From assembly GCF_004010195.1 (NCBI RefSeq), contig NC_057719.1:12301084-12336481 (forward strand): DNA of 35,398 nucleotides, in the 5' to 3' direction. The DNA is from Chiloscyllium plagiosum. Its lineage: Eukaryota. The translations under genes and the position numbers were made by a program. Shown in pieces: positions 1-12,212 of this stretch. Positions within the stretch are counted from its first letter, which is position 1. Each line of letters opens with the position of its first letter. The notes beneath the pieces were generated by a model. It was not told where the DNA came from. It worked only from the letters and a program-made list of their open reading frames with translations, and did no database searches.

Positions 1-19
1 GGGGCTGTCCTTCTGAAGG

Positions 20-560
20 GACATTTTATTGAGTGCCAGTCTCCCATCTTCTCCTCAAAGCCCTTCAAATGTTTTCTTTTCGGTAACAATCTACCTCCTT
101 TTTCAAAACTTCAATTGACCCTTCCTCCACCATCCCTCATCACATCCTGGATCTAAACCACTTGCTCTGAGAAATATTTTCCCTTATGTCGCCGTTGCTT
201 TTTTTGCCAATTACTTTAAAGATTGATGCCCACTTGGCTCAGCATCCTTCCACTATTTCTCCCAGTCTACAATCTGCATCATCTTTATCAAATTTCTTCT
301 CCAACCAGGTCTTCTTTAAAGGAAAGCAATGCAGAATTCTCCAATCTATCCACATAATCAAAGTTCCTCATCCCTGAAACCATTCTCCTCAATCTTCTCT
401 TGTGCATTCCCACTTCTTCCAAAAATACAAGGACACAATATTCCAGTTGATGCTGAACTGGTGTTTGCACATGCTTAGAATAACTTGCTTGCTTTTGTGC
501 TTAATTTCCTTAATGAGAAGCCCAGGATGCCATGAACTTCATTAGAGAACCTCTCACCTT
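20..560 (-). mobile_element. Degraded CR1-type LINE 3' fragment
   Basis: Reverse strand resembles CR1 ORF2 C-terminus (LEYCV..., ORF 288..470); heavily decayed, boundaries approximate. Confidence 0.55.
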
Positions 561-869
561 GGCTTTCAAATGATTTATGCACACGTACACACAAATGCAA
601 GCTGTTAACATTCGCTGTTTCATAGTCAAGCTCATGCCTAGCAAAACACAACATACCACATTGAGAGAATCCAAATACACTATTCAAAAGAACATGGAGG
701 CCATTGACCTTCAAGCTTCAAATATTTAGCAGGTCATGGTTTATAATGATGATCAATGATCATCATGTTGCCTATCCACCTTTGGGTCACATTCATTTAT
801 GCTTTTTTTTTGTTAAAAGCAATGTCTCTTAAATTTTTTTAACGATTCAAAAGGTAGGTGGGAAACTAA

Positions 870-1640
870 AAAGGGTGATAGGCACACAAAAGGCTGCAGG
901 TGAACAATCAGATACAATACAAATGTGAAGTGTGAAGTTGTGCATTTTAACAGAAAACAATTAAAACAAACAATATTTTTCAACTCTGGAGATGGAAAGC
1001 ATTTGCAAAAAGAGACAACTGTACACAACGTACAAAACAACATGCAAGTAAAGTAAGCAATTAGGAAGTCAAATTGTGCTTTCGTTTGTTACAAACAGAT
1101 CGAGAGTAAAGAGTAAAAAGTAGCTTACTATAATTATACAAGGTACTGGTAATTACACACTTGTAGAGTATTGGGTAGAGTTGTGTTCTCCTTATCCAAG
1201 GGAGAAAATAATTGCCCTAGAGGGAAAGCGACAAAGCTTTGCCACATTGGATGAGGGAACTGTCATTTGAATTGATTGTGAATAAACTAGGCCTATACTC
1301 CCTCCAGTTCACAAGAGCAAGAGCTGATTTAATTGAAGAATATTAAGTTCTTAAGGAACTGTCTGGAGAAAGAGAGATAATGGGGTCAGAGTTTCCAAAT
1401 AAGAAGGCAACAGCCGTTCAGAAACACTAGTGAAGAGAAATCTCTTCGCTCAAAAGAAATATGAAAATTTGGAATTCGTTATCAGTTATAAAAGTCAATT
1501 CTTTGTCATGGAGTACATTGAAGACAATGGTCAGTACATTTTTAGTTACTAAGGGGATAGTGTGGAAGGTGGAGCCGAGGGAGAAGAGAAGTCACAATCG
1601 TGTCAAGTAGCAGGCAAGGCAGCCTATTCTAGCTCTTAGT
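870..1640 (+). mobile_element. Degraded CR1-type LINE 3' fragment
   Basis: Motifs 'aagtgtgaagttgtgcatttt' and 'gctgatttaattgaagaatattaag', ending in a 'cctattctagctct' tail typical of CR1 3' ends. Confidence 0.6.
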
Positions 1641-2364
1641 TATTACATTCTCAAATCTAAATTCCCATTGATCTATCATCCATGACCTTTTAGTGAAAAG
1701 AAATTTTCAAAACAAAAAACATTAATCTATTTGATCCTGTCCCTCATTCTACAGCAAACTTGCTGAAGGGACAAAGTGCCATTTTATGTAAATGCAACTT
1801 TCTGCCCACTGATCAATTCCTAATATGTCAAAAAACAAAATTATTACCTCTAATAATTTGTCCTTTAAACTGGAGAGTGCAGCATGGATAAAAGTTTATG
1901 GTTGTTTCAGTGCTTCCTCAATTCATTCTCAAAAACAATAGGACCTTGTTGTGTGACATAAGTGAACACCATGTCATGTTCAGGGTTACAAATAAGATTT
2001 AAATAAACTTCCACTGATTTGTCTGCCTCTCCTGTTCTTAGTACTAATAATTTTTTGGTGAATTAATCCCAACACCCTGCCCCTTCCAACTCTATTTTGA
2101 TTTAATCCTCTCTCCCTACTCCACCCTCAACTTTGATGGTCTACATAGCCCTCAACAAGCTCTGCATGTAAATTAATTAAATTGGAAAACATAGGTGCTT
2201 TACTGATGGTGGTTAATAGTTGATTTTAAAAAAACGCCACGGAAAACTTGGTAATGAGAGAACCGTTGATACCAGGAGTCAAAATATCCTCGGACATTAC
2301 AAGAAATCTCTCTTCTCTACAGCAATACTTAGTCTAAACCAACAATTTCTTTTGTACATTCAAA

Positions 2365-2680
2365 AGGTCATGGGTGCTATTAGCTAGGCCAACATTTAGT
2401 CCCATCTCTACTTGTCCATTAAGAGTCAAGTTAAGAGTCAACCACATTGCCGTGGGTCTGGAGTCACCTGCAGACCAGACTGGATAAGGATGACAGATTT
2501 CCTTCCCTGAAGACATTAATGAACCAGATGGGCTTTTACACAATTGGCTGTAGTCATGTGGTTGCTTTTTCTTTTCAGAGTTTTGATTGAATTCAAATCC
2601 CACCATCTGCCATGATGGCATTCAAGCTGGTTTCCCCAGATATTAGGCTGGGACTCTGAATTTCTAGCCCAGTGTACTTT
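2365..2680 (-). mobile_element. Older shark SINE (second family); related copies at 4265-4460/5030-5130, 9680-9850 and 10525-10560
   Basis: Shared 'gagtcaaccacattg..gtgggtctggagtcac' core and 'gatgtgggcat..ctggc' end recur within the window. Confidence 0.6.
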
Positions 2681-3398
2681 GTATGGTACAATCTGCCTGT
2701 ACGGCACACCAAACAACACTTTTCACTGTATCTTGGTATATGTGACGACAAATCAAACAGTGACATTACCACAACACCACAGCCTCCCCACAAGTGTTAG
2801 ATGTGAGAAGCAATGGGTGTTAAAGGTAACAGTAGCCCTGGCCAGCATTCTAGGGGAGGAGAAGGAAAATGCCAGAAGACGATCTGATGCTATGCTTGAA
2901 GTGTGGCAGCTCTGACTTTAACCAGCTTTAATGAGCCAAGAGGAGCTTTCTACCAATTGATGAAAATGGCACAAATTTGCCCATCAGGCTGTTAACACTC
3001 TTTGACTCCAATTATCTTTGATATGGAAGCAGAGCTAAGTGGAAAAGTGAGGGAAACAAATCCTACACAGTGGATCCTATGCCACGTGCCCAATGATCTA
3101 GGATTAGAGAATTGACATGCAAATTGTGTGAAGACGTATGACAGAAACCCTCAACTCGAAACAAACGTAGCCTTCGAAGTGAGGGCAGCTGTCAACTCAA
3201 ACACAACACCAATTTACAGCAGAATAGTACAGCTGTGACTGAGAAAAAAAAAGGAAAAGTAAACCTCATATGGCTCTCCAGTGGCCTCGATTTCATTGCA
3301 CCCCATTTCACAAAGGCATCAGAGTCAAAAAGAACCAGTAAAAGAGATTGGTTGCAGCAAAAGGACATTTGATTACATCAAAAATTGGCAAATCTGAC

Positions 3399-3518
3399 CT
3401 TGTACACCAAGCTAGAGATGAGCTTTGTTTCGAAGATGTAACCTAAAGGAATCCAGTTCAGAAACCGCAGCAATGTCTCCAGGGTCGCATGCACTAAAGG
3501 GGCATTCTGGGAGTTCTC
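3399..3518 (-). CDS. XPO1: Exportin-1 coding exon (exon 9 equivalent, 120 nt); gene continues beyond the window start
   Basis: ENSQNAPLVHATLETLLRFLNWIPLGYIFETKLISSLVYK; CAG acceptor, GTCAG donor. The next expected exon (FLNVPMFRN...) was not found in 1-3398. Confidence 0.96.
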
Positions 3519-3721
3519 CTGAAAATATACAAACCATGATCAGGCACAATATGATGGGATTGCAATAAACAAAGTCTCTATACAAGATACTAGAAATGAA
3601 AACTAATTTTTTTTTTTGTTTTACAAGTTATGCTTTGGTTTCAGATGCTTTAATGCTTCCAAATGCACCAAGATCTAATGAACAGTTACTTCTCGCTCTA
3701 CTCAATCTAGTAACTACTCAC

Positions 3722-3770
3722 CATCACAAACTGACAGAGTTGAAATATCTGCGAGAATTCATTGCACATA
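3722..3770 (-). CDS. XPO1: Exportin-1 coding exon (exon 8 equivalent, 49 nt)
   Basis: (S)MCNEFSQIFQLCQFVM; CAG acceptor, GTGAGT donor. Confidence 0.96.
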
Positions 3771-4474
3771 CTGTGGGGAGAAAACAAAAGTGCAATTTCA
3801 GATTTAAAAAAAAACAGGTAAAGGGGGCAAAAACAATAGGAGTTCTCTAAAAGAAAAGAAGTGTGCGTTGCACTGCTCAAGTCGGGGGAAGAGTTTTGCT
3901 TACTAATTCGGACAGTACGGGACAGGCGGACTTTGCTCCATTATTAGGCCAAACGCAGACAGATGTCAGCACACATCTATATGCTCTGAAATTTGGGAAT
4001 GAAAATACCATTCCTCCCAGTCAGCCCAACTATTGGTCTAATGATCTCCAAAAGCAACTATCCACACTTGTACAGATTCAACCTTATCCCTTATTAGACT
4101 TAGTGACTTTTCATTAGTTGATCTATTGTGCAAATATCAGCATGTGCATAAGCCTACTCCCACACCTCCACTTTCTGTTAGATCAAAAGTAGCCATTTGT
4201 AATATATATGGCACAGGAGGTAGAGGCCATTCAATCCATCCTGATTTTCTTCCATTCTGTTTTATAGGAGATGTGGACATCACTGGTAAGGTCAGCATGT
4301 GTTGCCCATTCCAAATTAACCTTCAACTGAACAGTTAACAAATCAACCACATTACAGTGGATCAGGAGTCACATGTAAGCCAGACAAGACAAAGGGCATT
4401 AGACCAGACGAGTTTTTACAACAATGGTAGTTATCAGGCTCATCACAGAGACTAGTTTTACCATTCCAGAAATT

Positions 4475-5016
4475 GCTGAAAAATGTGTTGCTGGAAAAGT
4501 GCAGCAGGTCAGGCAGCATCCAAGGAGCAGGAGAATTGATGTTTCGGGCATAAGCCCTTCTTCAGGAAGGCTTATGCCCGAAACGTCAATTCTCCTGATC
4601 CTTGGATGCTGCCTGACCTGCTGCACTTTTCAAGCGACACATTTTTCAGCTCTGATCTCCAGCACGATGGGCGGCACGGTGGCACAGTGGCTAGCACTGT
4701 TGCCTCACAGCGCCAGAGACCCGGGTTCAATTCCCTCCTCAGGCGACTGACTGTGTGGAGTTTGCACATTCTCCCCGTGTCTGCATGGGTTTCCTCCGGG
4801 TGCTCCGGTTTCCTCCCACAGTCCAAAGATGTGCAGGTCAGGTGAACTGGCCATGCTAAATTGCCCGTAGTGTTAAGGGGTAAATGTAGGGGTATGGGTG
4901 GGTTGCACTTCGACGGATCGGTGTGGATTTGGTGGGCCGAAGGGCCTGTTTCCACACTGTAATGTAATCTAATCTAATAATCTAAACTAATCTAATCTGC
5001 AGTCCTCATTTTCTCC
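4475..5016 (+). mobile_element. Fold-back Penelope-like terminal (pLTR) insertion, interrupted by a SINE
   Basis: Inverted arms 4475-4560 and 4566-4650; tail 'tctgatctccagca|tctgcagtcctcattttctcc' split by the SINE; TSD ccattccagaaatt at 4461-4474 and 5015-5028. Confidence 0.8.
4669..4995 (+). mobile_element. Young tRNA-derived HE1-type (V-SINE-like) shark SINE
   Basis: A-box-like 'tggcacagtgg', B-box-like 'gggttcaattccc', core 'gtttgcacattctccccgtgtctgc', LINE-like 3' end and (TCTAA)n tail. Confidence 0.9.
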
Positions 5017-5479
5017 ATTCCAGAAATTAACAACTTCAAATTTAAATCCCACCAGCTACTATGAGATTTGAACCCACCCCCAAAACAGTATCCCAGCCAA
5101 CCAGTACCAATACGCCACCATCACCCCTGCCTCTTCCCATAGTCTTGCAAATTTTTCCTTTATGTACATAATTAATTTTCTTACAAAACTATCACTACAT
5201 CTTCTCTCACCATTCTTTCAGGCAGAACATTCCCATCATTGATACAAATCCTGTTGTATATTTTTTAGTGCTGCCGAAGCCAGATGTCTAGCCCAAATTG
5301 TACTTCCAGCCACAGATAAACGGATTCTTACAGGAGGTGACTCTGCAAGCTTGCAACAGATCAAGGCTGACTGCTTGAGGAAAGGAGACAGTGCAGTGGC
5401 AGGACTATGATTCTCCAGACTATCCAGTCCAAGATAAGGGAGGGACAGATTTTGAGAACATTTAGCTCTGTTCACCCAC

Positions 5480-5661
5480 CTGTCTTTTAAATGCTTGGCT
5501 TTCACCTGCGTCATCTGCCCACTAGAGAAATCAAACACTTCTTCACTGAGCAGTTTTAAAATAACCATGTTGTTCTGACATAGAGATTCACTGGTTTTGC
5601 TGGCTCCGACTATATCATTAATGAATGTGGGCCAGTTTTTGGGCCATTCATGTTTAAGGAT
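5480..5661 (-). CDS. XPO1: Exportin-1 coding exon (exon 7 equivalent, 182 nt)
   Basis: [60 protein letters not shown](S); CAG acceptor, GTGGGT donor, phase 2. Confidence 0.97.
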
Positions 5662-5768
5662 CTGCAATTCAAAAAAGTATTAGGTTAGAATAAAAATCCC
5701 AGACCAAGTTCCCCATTCCTCACCTACCAATACAACTTCCACTGACACCCAGAGAACATCAGGGAGTA

Positions 5769-5979
5769 CAGGTGATTCTGCTCGAATGAGTGTTTCATTA
5801 ACAAATTCACTGTAATGCAACTGACGAATGGGGGACACTTTCTAAAGTGCAGACGTTTAAAACGTGTGTTGGCCGTAGCACGATTACATCACCAACACTT
5901 GAAGCACTATTTCTAAAGCACCATTTTTCTATAATGCAGAGCTGCACAAGAACACAACATGTCATAGAAGAACTACCTT
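5769..5979. mobile_element. Tc1/mariner-type MITE (degenerate)
   Basis: TA flanks at 5767-5768 and 5980-5981; imperfect TIRs CAGGTGATTCTGCT and reverse complement AAGGTAGTTCTTCT. Confidence 0.55.
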
Positions 5980-6746
5980 TATGTTACATGTAGCTATTCA
6001 TCATTGCAACCAGCCATAACTAACTAGCTTAGATCAAAAGTATTTTTTTTCTCCAAAGAACATCAGATATCAATAGACGTTGGCTGGTGAGAATTAAACT
6101 GGTGAAAGAAAATCTTCAGTCATGTGTGAACAGTTAAAGATATATATGATTCGACATTCAGTAATTTTCAGGCGAGAACCTGAAGATGATTTTTTATGGA
6201 TATTCACTTCAGGAAGTTGACTAAAATTGCAGTATCCATAGAAAGGCAGTTGAGCTAGGGTCAGTAGAAGAAACAACCTTCTTCTTATTCTCTCCAACTA
6301 GGCCTCACTTCCAATAGTGTTGTAAACAAGGAATTTATGCCATTACAGATGCAGTTTCCGAAAGTTATGCAAAAGCAAAAGCAGACAATGTCATATTGTC
6401 AAGATATAATTCTTGTGAAAGATCTATACAGAAGTGAATCAAAGACTGATCCCATTGTGAGCAAGGTTATGTATCACTTGATGTGCATGGCAGTCTAAAA
6501 TGACAAACCAAGTCGATGTTTGCTTCCACTAATCTACCTGATCTACCTAGGTGCCAAGGCCTCACTATAATGTCATCCCACAAGCAGTAGCCACTGGCCT
6601 CAGCATCTCATCCCAGTGGCTCTTCAATGTGTGCAAGCAAGCACAAACCACAGTGATATTGCAGCCCAGTCTGAACCTACTCCATTCAGATCTGCACACG
6701 GGAAGCAGGTGGTAATACACAGCAACCAGAAAGAGAAGTCAAGAAA

Positions 6747-7335
6747 CAGGTCATGATGTGGCTGTACAGGAGATTGCTTAGGCCACTATTGGAATACTGC
6801 GTGCAATTCTGGTCTCCCTTCTACAGAATGGATGTTGTGAAACTTGAAAGGTTCAGAAAAAATTTACAAGGATGTTGTCAGGGTTGGAGAGTTTGAGCTG
6901 TAGGGAGAGGCTAAAAAAAGGGGTGGGTCTTTTTACCTGGACATCAGAGATTGAGGGGTGACCTTATAGAGGTTTATAAAATCATGAGGGGCATGGATAG
7001 GGTAAACAGACAAGGTCTTTTCCCTGGGGTGGGGGAGTTCAGAACTAGAGGGAATAGGTTTAGGGTGAGAGGGGAACGATTTAAAAGGGACCTAAGGGAC
7101 AACTTTTTCACACAGAAGATCGTGCATGCATGGAATGAGCTGCCAAAGGAAGTGGTGGAGGCTGGTACAGTTCGAAAATCTAAAAGGCATCTGGATGAGT
7201 ATATGAACAGGAAGGGTTTGGACGGATATGGGCCAAATGCTGGCAAATGGGACTACATTAGGTTAGGATATCTGGCCAGCACGGATGAATTGGACCGTGG
7301 GGTCTGTTTCCATGCTGGACAGCTTTAGGACTCTA
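6747..7335 (+). mobile_element. CR1 (HER1-like) LINE 3' fragment
   Basis: RPLLEYCVQFWSP motif followed by ORF 6951..7328 RGDLIEVYKIMRGMDRVN..., the CR1 ORF2 C-terminus; frameshifted. Confidence 0.9.
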
Positions 7336-7659
7336 AATCTGTTCCTAAACCAATTTACATGGAACACAAATAAAAACTTGGGTACACCTGCACATATTGC
7401 AACTCATTTCTTTAAGGGTTTAAAATCCTTCCTTGTAAATTTACTCTTTTCTGCCCCTTTCATATGTACTCCTGGAACTTGCAAAGACCATGTTGGGGCA
7501 TGGTCACCAGACAGGGATGTCCCTACAGTATGGTGCCCATGTAACCATCCCACGTTGCGACAGGGTGTTTTAGCTGAGACCGGGTGGGCATTTGTAGCAG
7601 TAAGGGAGTTTATACAGCTGCTGGCGACTTACCCCTAGTCAGTCCAGGGAAGTTGAAAG

Positions 7660-7775
7660 AGCACTTGTGATGCAGTGGTAGTATCCCTACTCTGAGCCAG
7701 AAGGCTCAGGTTCAAGTCCCACCTGCTCTAGAGGTGCATCATAACATCTCTGAACAGGCTGATTAAAATATCTCA
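7660..7775 (+). mobile_element. Short tRNA-derived SINE head; related copies at about 15190-15270 (-) and 31680-31770 (+)
   Basis: 'gatgcagtggtagtatccctac...ggttcaagtcccacctgc' with A/B-box-like motifs. Confidence 0.55.
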
Positions 7776-7883
7776 AGGTAAATTATACTTTTATCGTGAT
7801 CAAAGCGTGCATAAAACCAATATCAAATCTGGGATTTCCTCGCTATGGTTCCTTGTCATGTTAGACAGGACAATGACAAATTA

Positions 7884-7979
7884 ATTCCTGATGAAGGGCT
7901 TATGCCTAAAATGTCGTCTCTCCTGCTCCTCAGATACTGCCTGACTGGTTGCGCTTTTCCAGTACCACACTCTTCAACA
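7884..7979 (+). mobile_element. 96-bp Penelope-like terminal insertion
   Basis: Begins at attcCTGATGAagggcttatgcc; 12-bp TSD aatgacaaatta at 7872-7883 and 7980-7991. Confidence 0.8.
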
Positions 7980-8435
7980 AATGACAAATTACAGAGCACA
8001 TTCGCAGATTTTTATACTTTGAGCTCAATGTGGTGGTTCATAATGGGACTCAGGATAGGGAGGCACAAAGAGGTTAGTGAACAGTTCATGGGAAGATAGT
8101 AGCCAGGAGACCATGCTCTATCAAAAGTCACAGTCTTCCTCTCCCATCCCAAGTAGGCACAGGGCAAAATGAATGTTAGTCAGGATGTATCCATACAAGG
8201 CACCTGTCATGTTCAGAGGCAGCCAGGTCAGACACTGCTGAGGCCCATGGACATCAGCCAGGAGGGACAAGGGGAGAAAAATCAGCCAGCCCTGATCAGA
8301 AGGTTGAACCTACTGCTTTAAACACCTCATTCCATTCCAAGGGTCAACTGAGATTCTATTCACTTCACACATGGTTCAGGGAAAGAACAAAAACAGATTA
8401 TTTTGCCAGATTTGCATTCTCACACTTTTACCAAC

Positions 8436-8480
8436 CTGGACAAGAATCATATTCAGTTTTCCAAGATAAACTTTATCTTT
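8436..8480 (-). CDS. XPO1: Exportin-1 coding exon (exon 6 equivalent, 45 nt)
   Basis: KDKVYLGKLNMILVQ; TAG acceptor after a T-rich tract, GTTGGT donor. Confidence 0.96.
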
Positions 8481-8820
8481 CTACAAAAGAAAAAACAGAC
8501 ATGTTAATTAGTACCCACAAAAACTTATTTAACCCAAATGCTCAGTCTAAATTTAAAAACAAGACACAAGTAACAAGTACGTGGATGAAAGTGTCTCCAC
8601 CCCAAGCCAGAATTCCAATCCCAGATTGTTATACATGATACAAACACGGGATCCAACTTTACTCTGATACACCCTTAGTTAGAGCTTGCTGTAGTGATCA
8701 TATTTTATAGAAAACAATGCAAGTGTCAAGCCTTAAACCAGGGAACAGAAAATTCCAAGATTGGAATGAATATGCCCAAATACAACATGGAAATAATATA
8801 TGAAGTACACAATACATTAC

Positions 8821-8876
8821 CTCCAAAGTCTCTGAAGATGTTTTAATGATTAAGCCAACAACATACTTTTTTATTC
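8821..8876 (-). CDS. XPO1: Exportin-1 coding exon (exon 5 equivalent, 56 nt)
   Basis: (G)IKKYVVGLIIKTSSETLE; CAG acceptor at 8877-8879, GTAATG donor. Confidence 0.95.
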
Positions 8877-8972
8877 CTGCAATGGGAGAAGAGAAAAGGG
8901 GAAATATTGAACGAGGTGTCTGGAATGAAAAAAAAGCACAGGCCAGAGATAGTAGGAAAGTGGCAGACTCAC

Positions 8973-9045
8973 CTTCACATTGATTTCTTGGAAGTATTTT
9001 CCAACGGGTTTTGATCACATTTTCCAGTATCTGTAAGGCATAATA
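8973..9045 (-). CDS. XPO1: Exportin-1 coding exon (exon 4 equivalent, 73 nt)
   Basis: YYALQILENVIKTRWKILPRNQCE(G); CAG acceptor, GTGAGT donor, phase 1. Confidence 0.97.
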
Positions 9046-9214
9046 CTGAGAAAAAGAGATTAAAAACCCTCAGTGCTGTTTCAAACAATAAAAGGAATGC
9101 AAAACCAACAGTATCACTTTTGATGTTCAACCCACCTCACAAAAGAAAATATCTTCCTAAGTCACCATTTCTGGCATAGACAATTTACAAGACTTTGATG
9201 GAAACCTGAAATTA

Positions 9215-9330
9215 GCCCAGGACAACTCAGCAGGTCTGGCAGGACTCTGAAGAGGTCACATCAGACTTAACAGTTTCTCTCTCTTTACAGATGCTGCTGG
9301 ACCTGCTGAGTTTCTCCAGCAATTTCTGCT
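9215..9330 (+). mobile_element. Fold-back PLE-terminal insertion, second subfamily
   Basis: 'ctcagcaggtctggcag' inverted against 'ctgctggacctgctgag', with a central ctgaagag motif. Relatives at 22925-23062 (-) and 31057-31224. Confidence 0.6.
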
Positions 9331-10067
9331 CATCCATCAGAGTCAGTCCCGTGAGAGAGGTAAGAAAGTAGATCTAGGATAGCTCAGAAGTTGATCAAAA
9401 CCACACTATGCAGAGTGAGAGGTGAATAATTCTTCAGTTACCAAACACTTTTAAACATGCAAGCTAAAAGTCTATAGTTATCAATAACCAAAGGAATGGC
9501 ATTTCTTCTCTTTCAAATGTTACAACTTTCAAAGAGAAATCCAAGCATTAGACATCCATACAGACAGGCATTTTAAGTTGTTAAATATACAGGAAATTGC
9601 AAACAGATTTAATGTAATTTTCTTCCTCTGTTTCAAAGCAGACCATTTCTTATTCAGCAGTGCTTTTTATTTTAAAAATTCATTTGTAGGATGTGGGCAT
9701 TGCTGGTTGGCCAGCCAGCATATTTTGTCCTTGAGGTGGTGGTGAGCTGCCTTCTTGAACTGCTGCAGTCCACTTCTGAGGGTTGACACTCAATTTCATT
9801 AGGGAGGGAATTCCTCCAAGATTCTGACTAGTGAAAGAATATGGGGGTGACCAATAATTCTTGAAAGTAACACTTTTGATTAGCAAAAGAAGTACATGTG
9901 AAGAGGAAGGGAAGGGGATCAAATAATTGTTCAGGTCACTCTTTCATTGTATCAACATAGCAACTGGAGTAGGCCATTCAGCCCACTCTGCCATTCACAA
10001 AATATCATAATAGTTGATCTCAAATATTACTTTCTCACCCAAGTCCAAGACAGGAAGGTGGTATTTA

Positions 10068-10221
10068 CAGAGGAACCTCTATTATCCAAAGGACATGGGT
10101 GTATTTCATTCGGTTAATTGAATTCCGGATAATATAGTTCATCCAAACATCAGGACTTTATGATCTTGCTGGATAATGCGATATTTAGATAATTGAATGC
10201 TGAATAATCAAAGTTCTTCTG
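10068..10221. mobile_element. Tigger/pogo-like MITE
   Basis: TA TSD at 10066-10067 and 10222-10223; TIRs CAGAGGAACCTCTATTATCC versus reverse complement CAGAAGAACTTTGATTATTC. Confidence 0.75.
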
Positions 10222-11043
10222 TACTGCATAAACAATGCTGACTGAACTGTAACATGTAAAACAATTAAACAGTCTGACTGGACCACTCAAAGAACAATAT
10301 TCCAGAGCCTTCAGGATTTCATATCGCGTTCATCAATTTGAGATTATAATATCGCACACCATTTTATTGTATCTTTTTGGATTTATTTCTGTGCTCTCTC
10401 TCTTTTCTTTTCCAATTCCATCATGCTGCATTCAGATGATTGCTGTGAAATAATTTACGTCTCCTTCGGACACAACCTTGGTTTCTAAACCAAAGCCATT
10501 GCCACTCTCGCCAGCATTTTCTTATTCACTTGTGGGATGGGGGCATCGCTGGCTGGCCTGCATCATAAAATCTTTCGATATGGTATTCCTCCTGCTCTCT
10601 GCCCTAAAACTGGTTTCCCTTTTGTTTTGTGCCAGTTCTTCGCCCTTCCACAGGCTTATAAATATTTATATTTCCATCTTTCTTCAATTCTGATGGAAAG
10701 TTATTAACCTGAAATGTTAACACTGCTTCTCTCCTCAGTGCCTGACCAGAGAAGTATTTTCAGCATGTATTTGGTGTGTATTTCAGATTTTCAGTATTTG
10801 CAACATTCTGCTTTTGTAGATAGAACCAGGAACCAAGGGGCATAACCTTTAAGCCGCCTCCTACATAATTTAGGGATGCTGCCAAGAACTACTTTCCTAC
10901 TCAGTTAAACTCGCCTTTAAATAATGAGAAGGGTTGGGTAACATCAGCTGGGCCACCAATGCTGACGCGAATGAAAAAGAAGGGTAACCTTGCACATCAC
11001 AAGTAACAAAGTACTCAAGACACAAAGGCAAAGTAATCTCATG

Positions 11044-11419
11044 AATCACAGAATCCCTAGTGTGGAAGCAAGTCCTTTGGCCTATCAAGAGCACACCAAT
11101 CCTCTGAAAAGCATCCCACCCAGACCCAATCCTATCCCTGTAACCCTAAAGTTTCCCATGGCTAAGTTACCTAGCCTGCACATCCCTGGACACTACAGAG
11201 CAACTTAGCATGGTCAATCCACCTTACCTGCATATCTTTAGAAAGGGGGGGGGGGGGGGAAAAGAGAGAGAGAAAAGAGAAGAGAACTGGAGCATCTGGA
11301 GGATACCCACGCAGACTCAAGGAGGATGTCTGTGCGGAGTTTGAACAGTCCCCAGAGAATGGAATCGAACCCAGGCACTGCGAGGAAGCAGTGCTAATCG
11401 CCTTGCCACCATGCTGCCC
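11044..11419 (-). mobile_element. Older HE1-type SINE with an internal poly-G/GA tract
   Basis: Diverged reverse complement of the 4669 SINE; G-run and GA repeats at about 11244-11285. Confidence 0.8.
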
Positions 11420-11970
11420 TTCCTCTCTGTTAAGCTGAAATAGAGTGTGTCCATCTGCCACTATCTCAGCTTTTCGGGGCATAACCTGAATGAGTCAAAA
11501 CTGAAACAGACTAAATTCCATTCAGAGAGATGGAGGTCAAGACAGAGATCAGCCACAGTTTAACTAAAGTGAAGGAACAGGCTCAAGGAGGTTGAAAGGC
11601 TTCTTGGTGCTCCTAGATAGGATGCATTTTCCTTTCTATATTCTGACATTAAACTATGACTCAAAAATTAAAGCTAAAAACTAAGTGGATTGTTAATTGC
11701 GATCCAGCGCATAATTTAAATACAGTTAACAATGCAAGGATTTATTTAAGCGATCTGCTAGAAGTTGGCTGGCTCTTTAGGTAGCTCAATCTTTGACTGC
11801 CTTTTAACAGCTCATCTCAGTATTCATTTTTGCATCCTCCTGAAGGTGTCATTTCCAAAAATCTTTGAGGTGTCAAACTAGCACATTTTTAGTTCTAAGA
11901 ATGTAGTGTACTATCCTTTCGCTTCCCCTTTGTATTAGTTGCAATGGATTGCCACTTTGGACAACATTAC

Positions 11971-12072
11971 CTTTGTATTCATATTCTGAGAAAACTCTAG
12001 AATGGTATCCACCCTGGTCCAAGCATCGGGATGTTCTTTTAAATGGGTTAATATCTCTTGTGCCATTCGTTG
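11971..12072 (-). CDS. XPO1: Exportin-1 coding exon (exon 3 equivalent, 102 nt)
   Basis: QRMAQEILTHLKEHPDAWTRVDTILEFSQNMNTK; CAG acceptor at 12073-12075, GTAATG donor. Not in the ORF track; read manually. Confidence 0.97.
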
Positions 12073-12212
12073 CTGGGAAACAGAAAAGTACCAAATTTAG
12101 CAGGACATATTTATTCTTTAAAATGAAGAACGCACAAGTTTACTGTTCATGGTAAAAAGTATTGAGACAAAGAGCATCACTCTGGGCCATCCAAAAAAGT
12201 GTTTATTCTTAC

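Noticed and set aside
4669..4745. tRNA gene
   Set aside because: It is the tRNA-derived head of a SINE and continues directly into the SINE body and tail.
4399..4955. Overlapping ORFs on both strands (4399, 4424, 4572, 4606)
   Set aside because: Artefacts of the PLE palindrome and SINE; the same peptides recur at other repeat copies (21763, 23730, 25025).
5236..5479. C-terminal extension of ORF 5236..5667
   Set aside because: Read-through into the intron past the GT donor at 5479; XPO1 similarity stops there.
7460..7660. Possible intronic snoRNA or structured RNA (hairpin gaccatg...catggtc)
   Set aside because: I could not establish a two-hairpin H/ACA or C/D box architecture by eye; it needs an Infernal or snoReport search.
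8920..8935. Alternative acceptor 'tttttttcattccag' inside the 96-nt intron
   Set aside because: It would leave a 53-nt intron, short for vertebrates, and shift the frame by adding 43 nt.
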